Below, in pieces: positions 1 through 12,400 of a stretch of DNA of 64,000 bases. This DNA comes from Diplonema japonicum (lineage: Eukaryota > Protista > Euglenozoa: Diplonemea), in NCBI GenBank assembly GCA_964019335.1, contig OZ025742.1, positions 316,444 through 380,443 of the forward strand, in the 5' to 3' direction. The notes beneath the pieces were generated by a model. It had not been told where the DNA came from, made no database searches, and saw only the letters and a list, made by a program, of their open reading frames with translations. The stretch's first letter is position 1. Every line of letters starts with the position of its first letter. A program made the position numbers and the translations under genes.

Positions 1-1163
1 CCGCTGTCCTTGCACATCTGCCTCAAAACAAAGACCTTGAAAATCTGCGTTCATTCCACCAAATGTTTAATGTTTCGAGCCATGGAGGTGCATTGATCGG
101 ATGTCGCAAAACCTTGCCCAAACCTTCGCCCACAGGTAAGGTAGATAGGTGCACATCTCCTCTGTCCGACCAAGCAAGGTAGACCAGGCCAGCGTTGTTC
201 TGATACGTCACGCTACCTGCTTCCATGGCACGTACATTGGGCGGACCCCGTCTATTTTGCAAATCGCTCCACAGCAGTGTATTCCCACGCCCTTCAATTC
301 GTGGAAGAGCTGAACACCGATATACCAGTTGTCGATATACAAATGATAACCTTGGTTCTCGTACCTTTGTTCCTTCCCACAACAGTCTTTGGTGTTTCCC
401 TGTAGGTGTCTACCCACCATCATGTCGGGGAGTACCCCGTGCTGCTTTCGTTGAGAATAATACCCCATTGATTACGTTCGTCGGGACAAACTGACGGAGG
501 GGTGTTCCACTGACAAATTTTGTTCAGGGGTCAGAGCCTTCACCCATTTCCCTTTCACGAGATCGATGAACGGGCGGATCAGGCGCAGCTTGTTGGTTTC
601 TCTGGCAGCAGGATTGGCAAGGTGCAGGTACCGCAGGATCACTTTGAACCGCTTCTTCGACATTTCCGACCAGTAGTCGGTCAAATCCCCCTTGATAGAG
701 GCTGCTTCTTCCCCTTCCTCTTCCTCTTCCTCTTCCCCCTGTTCTTCATCATACTCCTTGTCAGAAATAGAGATTCACCAGACTCCTCGTCAGATACGGG
801 TGCCTAGTCACCTGCAAACAGGTCTAAAAAGCCTAAATGAGGCTGGGGGCTGTCCCCAATACGTTCGTTGTGTGCTGGCTTGTTGATTTTGATAAGGACC
901 TCAAAAAGAAATTCATAGGGAAAAATTCTAGAGAAAATCAGGAAAATACCCATATTTTGGGTGTCACCCAGTGTCTCGGTACCCCGTTCTGGGTTGAAGC
1001 TATGAAGTTTCAGATGGATACAAATGGCGCATTTAACGCAGATTTTCTAAATCTTTCCATTCCATTTTTTTTCCATGGAAACTGGTAAGACTCAGGTTTG
1101 GATGACACAGGGAACAACACCATTAACGACTCATATATGAGTCGTTGGGCGGATAAGGGTTAA
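1..1163 (-). mobile_element. Degenerate piggyBac-like DNA transposon (frameshifted transposase; runs off window start)
   Basis: Minus-strand fragments 472-684 (MSKKRFKVILRYLHL...LRLIRPFID), 208-468 (YHLYIDNWY) and 23-382 (WSDRGDVHLST) match PGBD transposase motifs in successive frames. End reads AGGG-TTAA at 1156-1163 (TTAA-CCCT on -), with a perfect 22-bp palindrome aacgactcatatatgagtcgtt at 1125-1146. Confidence 0.8.
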
Positions 1164-1193
1164 AAAAAAACAAAACAAAAAAGATATGTAACA

Positions 1194-2231
1194 ATGATTA
1201 CAGGATGGCGGGATAAAAGCATTTCCTACTTTTTACGATCGAAGTACAAGGACGCTTCTGCGGAAAGCATCCCGTTTATTTTGAGGGATTTACAGGAGTT
1301 TAAGAAGGAGGGCAGGGCGGTGGGGGAAAGGTGTTTCGGGGTCGCTCTGCAAAAAGCAATTGGGAACAAAAAATGGTTCGAGATAGTGAAGCGCCAGATG
1401 GAACAAAACGGAACTGTTAGACAACCGGAAAGGGTGGGCCAAGCCCTTGTTCATCATTACACCGCAACGGCAGACTGGAAGGAAGTTATCGTCCAATGCA
1501 CTGTTCACATCCAGCAAGGCTGGGGTTTATCATACTATCAAAAATGTTCGTTCTTGACCGCAACTGCTCTTGAAACAGGCTCTCTTTCATCATGTCTTCA
1601 AATTTTCAGCACTTTACCGCAGGTTAAGACAGTGCAGCATTACAAACCACTCTTTTTGACTCTAACAACTCCTTCATCTTGCTTGCTTTTGTACGAGGCT
1701 CAGATTCTGGACACTTCTGACACAAACCCCATGGGAATCCTCGCCGGGCTGACGGGGCTTCCAGATGGACTGATTCCCGCGCTTCAAATTATTCTGAAGC
1801 TTTTCCCGGAAATCTGTTGTTCTTGGATCACATTAGTGATGAGGGGTGTTTGCTGTGCACCGTTGCGGGCTTTAGCACTGTACTCGATGTTCAAGTCGGA
1901 GTTCCCGTCGTTCGCAGCGCTTCATGTTGCAGCGTTGCGAGCCGCGCTCGATCTGAAGCAGTTGCAAGTTTGCGAGGATATCGTCACTCAGAATCTGTCC
2001 AAGCTGCCCTTCATCCCTTTTGAAGGGCACCTCGCTGTTTTGGAATACGCCTCTCAGTGCAAGGACACAAAGCGTGCGGAGCACGCGTTCAAAAAAATCT
2101 CAACCTCGCTGCGGACCACGAAGAAAACCCTGGCCCGGTGCAAAGTCTTGTTGAACGCTTCTTATACCGACACACGTGGCGTTGAAGACCACGCCTGCAC
2201 AGGTCTCTCCCTTCCCGTTGTTCGCTGGTAG
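1194..2231 (+). CDS. Hypothetical helical-repeat (possibly PPR-like) protein, 345 aa
   Basis: Long ORF flanked by A and T tracts; amphipathic helical pattern; no diagnostic motif. Confidence 0.6.
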   Translation: MITGWRDKSISYFLRSKYKDASAESIPFILRDLQEFKKEGRAVGERCFGVALQKAIGNKKWFEIVKRQMEQNGTVRQPERVGQALVHHYTATADWKEVIVQCTVHIQQGWGLSYYQKCSFLTATALETGSLSSCLQIFSTLPQVKTVQHYKPLFLTLTTPSSCLLLYEAQILDTSDTNPMGILAGLTGLPDGLIPALQIILKLFPEICCSWITLVMRGVCCAPLRALALYSMFKSEFPSFAALHVAALRAALDLKQLQVCEDIVTQNLSKLPFIPFEGHLAVLEYASQCKDTKRAEHAFKKISTSLRTTKKTLARCKVLLNASYTDTRGVEDHACTGLSLPVVRW

Positions 2232-2243
2232 TTTTTTTTTTTT

Positions 2244-2279
<36 letters not shown>

Positions 2280-2342
2280 ATCACAATATATCTGCTGACC
2301 AAAAAAAAAGGGGGGTGTTGGGGTTGGGGGGTAGGAAGTACC

Positions 2343-4258
2343 ATGGCGCTGAACCTTCCCCCGTCTTCTTTTGAATCGCAAGGCGCGGGAGGCGCCCCTG
2401 CCCCGCTCCCGGCAGATTTTACACCGCTTCCCAGCCTCCCCGAAGTGGAGAAGGTCACCACACCGAAACTGATCATCACGGGGTTCCCCCCTTCATGGAC
2501 CAGCATAGACATCGGGCAGCACTTTGAGACCCTCGGTGTGGTCGTTATCGATTGTGATGTTCTGGACAAGGACAGGGCGTACATCGCACTGTCAGGGACA
2601 AATGAGGTCCTGAAGGTATTGGACACGGTGAGGCTGCTTCCTCCTGTTGATGGGAAGTTCAAGATATCAGCAGAAATGGAAACCTTGGGTGGTGGGAAGA
2701 AGCGAGCACTCGACGAACCGCAGCAGAGTGCAGCCAAGAGGTGTGCACCTCAGCAACAAGCACCCGATGTAGCTAGCCTTCTCCAGATGCTGCAAGGGCA
2801 GGAGCAGTCTGTTTCTGCCCCGCCTCCCCCTCCTCAGCCACCCCAGCAAAACGACTCCGTCTTGCAGCTTCTTCTTCAACAACAACAAGCGAAGGAACAA
2901 AAGAGACAGACCAGCAAGAACGAGACCTGCAACAACACCCTGCGGCAAGCAGTGCCGGCACGAGACGTGCACTCTGCGATAGGTGCGCGCATCGGTCCCT
3001 GTGGAATGGTGCCTGCGCAGCAATCCGAGCAAGGCAGCCTCCCTCCCTCCATAACCCATGTTCCACCGCCTCCTCAACAGCCCTCCGTGCAATCTCTCCT
3101 TGCCGATCTGCTTAAGCAGAAGCAGCCACAGCAACAACAGCCGCCGCAGCTCAGCTCCCTGTCAACCGCTGTCCAGGACAAGCCTAACATCCAGCAACTC
3201 CTGCAGCAGCAGCTGCTGCAGCAACAGCCACAGGTGCAGCTGCAGCCACAACAGCCTGAAATGGTCAGCCAGATTGCGAAGCTCTTGGGAATGACTGAGG
3301 CCAAGTCTGGTGATCCTGTGGCCCCTGCTCCACCCCCGCCGCCGCCCGCAACGTCTCTCCCTACCTCGCAGGCGGGGATGGAACAGTTGCTTGCCTTGCT
3401 TGGGGGAAACAAAACACAGCAACCACAACGACCGCAGCCACAATCACAACCACAACCCCTGCACCGGCAGCCGACCAGCTTGCAGGACAAACTCCGTGCG
3501 TTGGGTGGCGAGAGCAACAACAAGGCAGAGCAGCCCAAGCAAGACATCAAACCGCCACCGCCAGCACTAGCACCAGCACCAGCACTAGCACCAGCACCTA
3601 CAACACCTCAGCCCAAGCAGCGTCCGGAGGGGAGGAACGCCGCATACCTGGTGATGAAGAGCAGCAGCCACGAGCACCTGGCTCAGTCTATTGAACACGA
3701 GCTGTGGTATGCCACGAGGTCAAGATTAATTACACAACCAGGTTCACGTCCAAAGCGATGGGAGAAGAGCTGAACAAGCTGCTGCGGGACCACCCTACAG
3801 TGATCTTGTTATTCTCTGTGAAGGGGAGCGGCTACTTCACGGGCTACGCCTCGATGCATGGCCCTGTCAGACACAGGAGCGAGCATCTGACCATGCAGGT
3901 AGGGAGAGGGAGAGGGGGGGAACTCACACCCACACAGGATGTCTTTGACCAGCTTCCGCACAGCTGGCAGCATATCTTTAGAATTAGCTGGCTCAACGTG
4001 GGTGGCGTAGAGTTCAGTGACACGCTCCACCTTAAAGCCGATGGCCGCCCCGTGCAGTACACCAAGGACGGGGACAGGATCCCAGCTGAGACGGGAGCCG
4101 AGCTGTGCAACATGATCGATGCTACGGCAAAAGCAGCTAAGAAGGGCAGTGGTGGCAGCGGAAGCGCGACTTCGACCCCGGCCTCTAGAGCTGCCCCTCC
4201 GCCTTGTGACCTGTCTGCTTTGACTTACGAGGAGTACATGAAAATATGTCAAGGATGA
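2343..4258 (+). CDS. RRM-like + Q/P-rich + C-terminal YTH-domain protein (putative m6A reader); introns 3707-3741 and 3899-3937
   Basis: YTH motifs YLVMKS...SIEHELW, VILLFSVKGSGYFTGYASM, FRISW, PVQYTKDG. A 35-nt GT..AG intron joins ORFs 2343-3773 and 3704-4258 (ELW|FTSKAM); a 39-nt in-frame GT..AG intron removes VGRGRGGELTPTQ. Confidence 0.85.
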
Positions 4259-4690
4259 AAAAAGGAAAATAATAAATGGGTGGGCGGAGTGTAATAAATA
4301 CTGTAACACCACAAGGGAATGCAACAAAGAGGAGGAAAGTGTTACCGAGGTTTTTTCTTCTTCTTCTTTTTTTTAAAAAAAAATATCCCCGCTCACATGG
4401 GGTGCACGAAAAAGGAAAAAAAAAAAAAAAAAAAAAAAAAACACGCAAGACAAAAAAAAAACGACCAAAACGTCCATATCCCCCCCTACCACCCCGCACA
4501 TTTTTTTTTTTCTCCCTTTTTTTTGTTTCCCAGTGTCTTTCTTTTTTTTTTTGTTTCTAGTCCCCAGGGAACGAAGGAAAAAAAAAAAAAGGGAAAAAAA
4601 AAAAAAAAGAAACAGGAGTGAGGGCACGGGGAAGAGGGGAGGGGGGAAAAGAAAATCTAAAAAAAAAAAAAAAAAAAAATAATAATAATA

Positions 4691-6610
4691 ATGTTCAAAG
4701 AAATCCTGGTGAACCTGCTGGGGTACAAAGGATCATTTGTCACGACAGACCACATCCCGGGAGCATGGGGTCTTCATAAGGACCTTCACATCGACAAGGG
4801 CACCAGGCAGCTTGTTGAAGAACTATTGGTGTTGGGCCCGGTAGTGGAAGGCATCCGCACATTCTTGGAAGAGGTCGAGAAGGGAACCGCCGCAGGAGTG
4901 TCGGAAAAACTATACGCACATTCATTTTGCGAGGGAATTTCGGAAATAATCGGTGAATACGAAAAATCTGTGGAAGAACTGTATTCTCAAGCAGAGGATG
5001 CGAACATGTCGTTGGGGCAGATAAAAAGCACTCTGACACCTTGGTTCGAGACCCTCCCTTCATTATCATCCCTAATCATTGAGGTCAAATCAAGACCTAC
5101 ACACATTCTGACCATTGTTGAGTCCGCTGTCCGTTTTGGAACTTCGCGACAATCCCACCTCTCAATTCTAAAAAAGGTGAACACAGTACTGCTACGCCAC
5201 ATAGCCGAGTGGGTCATATGGGGCTCGCTGCCATCACAACCCGGGTTTTTCATCGAAACAGGACCCGAGCTCGTACCCCTTTTCCAACCGTCCTTCATCC
5301 CAACACACTTGAGCAAAAAACTTTTAACGATAGGATCCTACGCAAAAAGAATACGGGTGAACGGATCAAGCCTACTCGCACAGGATTCATTTACTTTGTA
5401 CTCTTGCATCACATCCTCGGAGGTACTTCGAGACGGGCCTTTGAACGTGTCGCTTCTTGAGGATTTAATCACACACACTGAACAGATTATCGGACATGAT
5501 TTGTGGCGCACGGTGTACTTGGGGAAGGAAGGCTTGGAAACACAATTGAAGGGAATCGGCGAATTCCTCCTTTGCTTCAAAGGTGACTTCTGGCGGGATT
5601 TTGCTGTCGGCGCGGTTGACATCTTAGCAAGGCTGGGACTGCATGCTTTGGACACTCATCTAGATGACAGACACGCTTTGAAGACCAAAGAAAAAATAGA
5701 AGGCTTGTTTGTCAAAATCGCCTCGAAACTAAAAGACCAAGAGTCGAGGGCTCTCGTCGAAAAAGTAACGTTTAAATACGTTCAGGACCAAACAACGCTG
5801 GGGAAGCTTTTGGAGCCCACGGCGATCCACGACAAGAACTCCGTGTCGGTGCGATTCTCAAACTATCTTCTAACCGCGACGAGAATGATGAAACTCACGT
5901 ACTCCCTCCAGCCGCATCACTTAGACCTCTTTGGGGAAGCTGGAATGGAGCTTCTCCACAACACCTTCAGCCACTCTTTATACCTTGTCTTCACAGAAGT
6001 TATGCTTTCGAACGTGTGGTCTTGTTGTATATCAGTTACAAAACAGCTTGAGAACGAAACGCGTCGCGGTGGAAAGGACGGAAGCTTTCGAACGAAAAAC
6101 GATGCTAAAATACAAGCCGGGATCGACACGTTGAAACCATTGCTCTGTCTCAGGCGAAAAATGGGTTTTTTTATCGAGAATTTGAAGTTCTACGTGGTGA
6201 CGGACGTGCTGCATGCGAGGTTTTCGCAGTTGGAACGGGAGCTTAAGGACAACGCGAGAACGTTTGAACAAGCAAAGCTTTTTATCAAACAGGCGCTTGA
6301 TAAGGTGACGCGAGACGCTTTCTTGGCAGACCCGGGGAAGTCGAATCAAATGATTCTCTTGACAATTCGCAAGGCGGTTCGCTGCTGCCTCCAGTTGTGG
6401 TACATCGCGTACACCACACTTCGTGTTGACGACACCCTTCGGGCGGTGAGCCTCCTGGCCGGCTACGCCCCGCTGCTCGACGAGCTGTCTAATAGCTTCG
6501 ATAGGCACGTGAGCGACTTATACGAGGTACTGAAAGGCAGCGCACAAAGCACCACCTACCGTCAGCTTTTGACAAGATTGAACTTTAATAAATTCTACAG
6601 TAGTCAGTGA
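4691..6610 (+). CDS. TUBGCP4: Gamma-tubulin complex component 4 (Spc97/Spc98 family)
   Basis: 639 aa; N-term MFKEILVNLLGYKG resembles GCP4 start; WVIWGSL..FFI, PSFIP...KKLLTIG, EFLLCFKGDF, MGFFIENLKFYVVTDV, C-term QLLTRLNFNKFY. Confidence 0.8.
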   Translation: MFKEILVNLLGYKGSFVTTDHIPGAWGLHKDLHIDKGTRQLVEELLVLGPVVEGIRTFLEEVEKGTAAGVSEKLYAHSFCEGISEIIGEYEKSVEELYSQAEDANMSLGQIKSTLTPWFETLPSLSSLIIEVKSRPTHILTIVESAVRFGTSRQSHLSILKKVNTVLLRHIAEWVIWGSLPSQPGFFIETGPELVPLFQPSFIPTHLSKKLLTIGSYAKRIRVNGSSLLAQDSFTLYSCITSSEVLRDGPLNVSLLEDLITHTEQIIGHDLWRTVYLGKEGLETQLKGIGEFLLCFKGDFWRDFAVGAVDILARLGLHALDTHLDDRHALKTKEKIEGLFVKIASKLKDQESRALVEKVTFKYVQDQTTLGKLLEPTAIHDKNSVSVRFSNYLLTATRMMKLTYSLQPHHLDLFGEAGMELLHNTFSHSLYLVFTEVMLSNVWSCCISVTKQLENETRRGGKDGSFRTKNDAKIQAGIDTLKPLLCLRRKMGFFIENLKFYVVTDVLHARFSQLERELKDNARTFEQAKLFIKQALDKVTRDAFLADPGKSNQMILLTIRKAVRCCLQLWYIAYTTLRVDDTLRAVSLLAGYAPLLDELSNSFDRHVSDLYEVLKGSAQSTTYRQLLTRLNFNKFYSSQ

Positions 6611-6852
6611 ATGGGGGATGGGGGTAGATATATTTTTATTATTATTATTTTTTTTTTTTTGGTAGATTTTTTTTGTTTTTTTTTTGTTTTTTCCCCCCTC
6701 CCCCACAATGCCCACTTTTTTTTTTTTTTTTTTTTTTAGATTTCATGATTCTTTTTTTTTTTTTTCGTTTCAACAAGAAGAAGAAAAATTTAAAAAAAAG
6801 GGGGGGGGGAAAGGACACGCCCTGCAAAAGAAAATATAAAAAAAAAAAAAAA

Positions 6853-7193
6853 ATGTACGATATCAGCGACAGAGAAGCCAAAGAGTTAGAACAAGCACTA
6901 TGTGCACTGGAGCAAACCGTCACGGCGGATAAATTTCAGGCATGGAAGAAGAAGAAGAAAAGAAAGAAAGAAAAAAAAGAAAATTGTGATAATAATAATA
7001 AACACAGAAAGTTCGAGAAGATTTCATGGCCCGAAACTGTTGCCACTTTACGGTAGATGACGAGAACAAACTGTGCTACACTGAAATACACATGGAGTTC
7101 TTGAAAATTATAGAATCGTATATTTGTGAAGAGCTAACGGGTAAAGGGGTAAATATTGAGGTATAAAAAATAGGAGGGGAAGGGGGGAATCTT

Positions 7194-7241
<48 letters not shown>

Positions 7242-7477
7242 ACAGCGCTTGTTTAAAGGATTATCTTTAGAAGCTAATGACCGCCAACTCGATTTTGGTG
7301 CTTCCCTTGATATTGTGGTATGTGGCGGAAAAAAAAAAAGAAAAAAAAAAAAAAAAACAGGATTCGTTGACTGATTTCAACAGTTTCAAAGAGATGATGC
7401 TCCGGGCGAAAAATCAATTCTCTGGCCGCCGTAAAGCTGTCGCCGACGGGGTGGAGGAGCCAAAGAAAAAAAACTAA
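6853..7477 (+). CDS. ARL2BP: ARL2-binding protein (BART domain); exons 6853-6939, 7008-7160, 7246-7317, 7361-7477
   Basis: Manual splice gives ...DKFQ|KVREDFMARNCCHFTVDDENKLCYTEIHMEFLKIIESYICEEL...|DSLTDFNSFKEMML, matching BART motifs ENKLxYT and TDFxxFKEM. All introns phase 0; first is GC-AG. Confidence 0.8.
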
Positions 7478-9376
7478 AACTAAAAATAAAAATAAAAAGA
7501 AAAAGAAGAAAATTGGAGGCGAGAATTATTTAAAACCGCCGATGTCCCTCCTGTCTAGAAAAACTTCTTAACTTAGGTTCAGATATTTTGCTTTGTTTTG
7601 CAATGCCTTTCGGGTTTGTTTATCTATTCTCTCTTCCACCCACCCCCTTTTTTTTGCTCTTTCCTTCTTTCTTTCCCCCCCTTTTTTTAAACCCTTTCCC
7701 AAAGGACTTCAGCAGTAACTGAGGTTCGTTAGGGGAAAGGGAAAAAAAAAAAATAACAAAGCGAGAGAAGGAGAAAAAAAAATATTCCCCTCTTTTTTTT
7801 TTGTTATGTACGCCAGTTTTTTTTTTTCCCTTCCTGTAACCTGCCCCCTCATTTTTTTTTTTTTGAACGAATATGAGGTGGAAAAAGCGAAACAAACCCC
7901 GGAAAAAAAAGAATAAGAAAAAAAAAGAGGAAGGTTTCAAGGAAACAATCAAAACAACGAAGAAAGAAACGAGAAAAAAAAAAGAAAAAAAAATATTCAG
8001 TTCATTCATTCAAAATTTCATTTCTAATAAGACGAGAATTGAAACTGAAAAAAAAAAAAAAAAAAAAAAGAAAGAAAGAAAGAAAAAGAAAACATTGTTA
8101 TTGTAATTTTTTATCAGCAGAAAAAAAAAAGTTGTTGGGCCAGCGGTATGCCTTACAAATGAAATCTCTTTCTCTTTAACCCCCCCCCCCCCTGCCAACA
8201 ATCTTTCCCCTTTTTATGAGTATTGTGCTCTTGTGTGCACAAATAAAAAAGTACCCTCTTTTTTTTTTTTTTTTTTTCCAAATCTAAACTGGTCAGGAAG
8301 AGAGAACTCGAAGAACAAGGGTAAAGTGAGTTTAAAAAAAAAAAACTTCTTTTTTTTTAATTGCCTTTCCCAACAGGCCATATTTTTCTTCTTCCCTTTT
8401 TTTTTGTTTTAACATTATTGTCGAGACTAAAAACTAGTTGATGGCAGCGTAATGAGCTATTTTATTAGGTAAAATTCCGCTCGTGCGCACAAACAAATGG
8501 AGCGCCAAACTAGTTTTTTTTTCCCCACTACCTTCCTCTTAACCTACTAGTGCCACCGATGCACTTCTTTGATTGAAGGAAAACAGGAAGAAAAAAAAAA
8601 GAGAAAAAAAAAAAAGAAGGAAAAAATAAAAAAAAGTCAAACAACTATAGATGAATTCTTTTTCTCCCCCAAAGGCAAATAAAGAAAGTTCACCCCCCCC
8701 CCCCCCCCATATTTGCCCGTGTTATAAAATAATTAGCATCGGCCATGTGTTCAAGGGGGGGTGGTGGTGAGTTATGCGCAATACAAGGGGGGCTCCTCCC
8801 TATATAACGGGGCAGACCTAGCAAAATTCATCAGGGCTGGACCAAGTAGTACGGGGAGGGGAAGTAAAGTGAACTGGACGTAAAAAGCAAAAAAAAAAGA
8901 AAAAAAATAAGGAAGAAATAGGGAACCTCTTTCCCTTGCAAACTCTTTTTTTTTAATGTTTCCCTTTGTTCTTGGGGGGGGGGGGGGGGGGGAGCAGAAA
9001 GTCCCCCCCCCCCGTGCCTGACTGTCTATCAGTCTACTTACTATGCGAGGAAGAATCTATGATCATTTTGTTATAAAGAAGAAGAAAAAAAAGAGAAATA
9101 AAAGAGAGGAGAGGAAGGAAGGAGGAAAAAGCATTATGCTTTGGCCAAGGGGGGGGGGGTGTTAGGATTTTTAAGATTTCTTTTTGAGTAGAAGAAAAAA
9201 AGCCTTTTGTTGTCACAAGCAACATTGACTTTAACCTACTCCCTTTCTTTTTTTTTTTGTTTTTGTTTTTCTTAGAACTTAGCCCTTAAACAACGAGCCA
9301 ACGCACTACTAGAAACCCTCCCTTTCTCAACTTTGTTGGAATTGCCCCCTTTCTTTTTTTTTTTTCTTTCTTTCTT

Positions 9377-9420
<44 letters not shown>

Positions 9421-9487
9421 GAAAGAGAGTCGATTTCAGCACTTTGTTTGTGCAAACCCTGAGATTCACTATTTGTTCGTTTTTTTT

Positions 9488-12400
9488 GACTGGGGACGTC
9501 AAGGGAGAGTTTTAATCCGAGCTACCTGGGGCGAGGGAGCCTGGGCGAGCCGACTCTCAAACGCATAACAGCGCCTGCTACAGCGCACAGCGTGGGTGCG
9601 GTCTCAAAGAGATATCTAGCGCTCGAGAAAATCCGCGTGGGTTGTGCTGCTGTAGTCAGACGGCTGAAGCCTATATGTGGAGCCCCCCCGCATGAGATCT
9701 GTAGGGGATGGGACAACGCGGTGCGACGTGCAGTGAACCAGCGTGTCATCCCTGAGAGCGCGGCGCCGACGGTTGATATGGCCAAGGACGCTGCGGAGCT
9801 GCAGGCGAAGGTGCTCCAAGTGCAGAGAACAATGGACCTCGCTAGCAAAGTATCGCGGGGTGCTAAGCACAAGAGAGAGATGGAGTACCACTTCGCGAAG
9901 CATCGCCAAACCATAGCGGGACTAGTGCAGGGAAAACAGTCGAGAGAGCTGCTGGCGGTCCGGACGGCTGACGGGAGGCTCAGCACCAATCTGGGCGAGA
10001 TCGACCGCGCGTTCAGGGAGGCATGGAGTCCTGTGTTCCAGATGTACAAAGACAGGCCAGAACCAACAGCGGAAGAGTTCGTGAGATCCTTCGGGGGGTA
10101 TATCCCGTACTGCTCGATGTCCACCACGGAGCTCACCTCTGCGCAGCTTCGGAAGGTCCTCAACAAGAAACAGCGGCAGCATTGTGCAGGGGTAGACGGA
10201 TGGAGGCTGAGTGAGCTAGCGCACCTACCCTCAGAACTCCTCGATGGCTTCCTGTTCCTCTTTGACTGGATTGAGACGACCGGCGTGTGGCCACAAGCGA
10301 TCCTGACTGCCTTGATCACGATGATCCCGAAGTCTGAGTCGGAAGAGCCCTTAGACCATCGCCCGATCACGGTCTCCAGTGCCTTCTACCGCCTATGGGC
10401 ATGTGCCAGGCTCCCCGCTATTCTCGAGTGGCAGGAACGTTGGATCACCCCGACGCAGCACGGCTTTAGACCAAAACACGGCGTCGATGACCTACTCTTC
10501 AAAGTGTGTGCGCAGGTGGAAAATGCTCGACAGGGGGCAGAGCCCCTGTATGGCCTGTCGGTAGACTTCAGGAAGTGTTTCGACTCCGTCCCTGTCACGT
10601 TGACGTTCGACCTTGCGGAGAGACTGGGCATGTCCGAGAATATCCTAAGGCCGCTGAGATCCATGTACGCCAACCTCGACCGGCGTTTGCGCTTCCAGGC
10701 GGGGGTAGGGGAAGTGTTTCGCACCACAAACGGAATCCTCCAGGGCTGCCCTATCTCACCCGTCTTCATCAACGCCATCCTCGCTGCCTACACCAGGCGA
10801 TGCGTCACCACATTCCCTGAAGTCCTACCCATCTCCTACGCGGACGACCTATACCTCTTCTCTAGGATCTCGGAGAAGGCGGTCCAGAGTTCCATACTCT
10901 TGCTGGACGAGCTCTGCCGCTTGACGAACATGTCGGTACACCCGGGGAAAACTAAGGCCTTTAGCACCAAGAAGGGGTACAGAAGCAGGCTGGCGATGAG
11001 GGGCACCTTATTCGATACGGTGAAAAGCGTAACTATGTTGGGGTGTACGGTGTGCCTGCAGCCCACCAGGACGAAGAACACAAGGATCGCCACGGCGCTG
11101 GATGCTGTCGACAGGCTCACAGTGACCCAAATCACGAGAACGCGTAAGGCCCAACTGATAGAAGACTGCATCCTACCTGCGGCGCTCTACGGAGTGCTCT
11201 ACACACCACCCACGGACTCGCTCTTGGACTCCCTCAGGAAGAAGATTACCTCTTGCATATGGGGCCCACACAACCCAACACGCTCGTCAGGCGCCCTCCT
11301 CGGGGTGGCTTTCAAAGGACACAGGCTGGACCCGTACTCAGCAGCCGCATACCGCAGGATCACAACGTTTGCGCGGATGATGAGGAGCGACGGTGAGTCC
11401 AGTTCACTCGTCAGGGCGTGCAGAGACGGCTACAAGGAGGCCGCCCGGAACGGAAACCCCCTCGCCCCGCGCGGGATACTCGGACAGACCCACGAGCTGC
11501 TGGAGGAACTAGGGTCCAGCTGGGCGCATTTCGCGCGGCAATGGGTCCCCCTAGAGCCTGGGGCACTGAAGCATGAGGTCAGGAAGCTCCTGAAGGTCCA
11601 CCTGCGAGCGAACCTCGTGGAGAGCAGACCCTCCTTTCAGGGGACGGGCGACATCGACGAAGTGGCAACCAACGGGCTACACCTGCACCTGGCGAACCGC
11701 AACCCTCCCAAAGCACGAAGGGTCCTGCAAGTGATAACTGGGGCTGTTTTCCCGTTCCACCCCAAGATTATCAACGACACGGTCGGGGGGCGGACGAAAT
11801 GCATGGGCTGCGACGCTACTTTCGACATTTCGGAACACACGGCGAGACTCCTGGAGCACACCCTCTGGGACTGTCAGGCGCACGAGCACATCAGGACAGC
11901 TTCCGAGACGCGGGCAGCGCTGTGCACACAACGTAACCAGTGGCCCCGGTGCACGCAACTGCACGGCATCGCGACAGTGGGACTCGGGCTGGACACTGCC
12001 GAGTTGCAGCTGATGATGGCGGAGATCACTGGTAGCTTACAACTCACCTTTGCACGGAAAAAGACGATGGACTTCAGCGTTCACCTGTGGAACAGGCCTT
12101 TCGAGAAGGGGAGTTTGCTCAAGCCACGGTCACTGAGGTGGTACTACGACAATGGTTTGAGGCAACAGTGCCTCCCACGGCTCATCCCGCACGTCATCCG
12201 ATGGCTCTCTGCCCTTCACTGGGGCACGACAGGTGGACAGGTCTCCAGGCTTGAGCTGGCCATAGACTTCATTGCCACGGTGGGACTCTCACCTTGTGAA
12301 GAGGGTGAGGACATCCAAGTGAGCGCGCGTGTAATAGGCCGGGTGATAACGGCACTAGAACGCATCCACACCAGTAAGGGCATAGCGCCCCTCATCCCAG

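Noticed and set aside
7600-9470. Lys/Phe-rich ORFs in intergenic regions (also 26966-29100 and others)
   Set aside because: Translations of poly-A/poly-T tracts with no coding signal.
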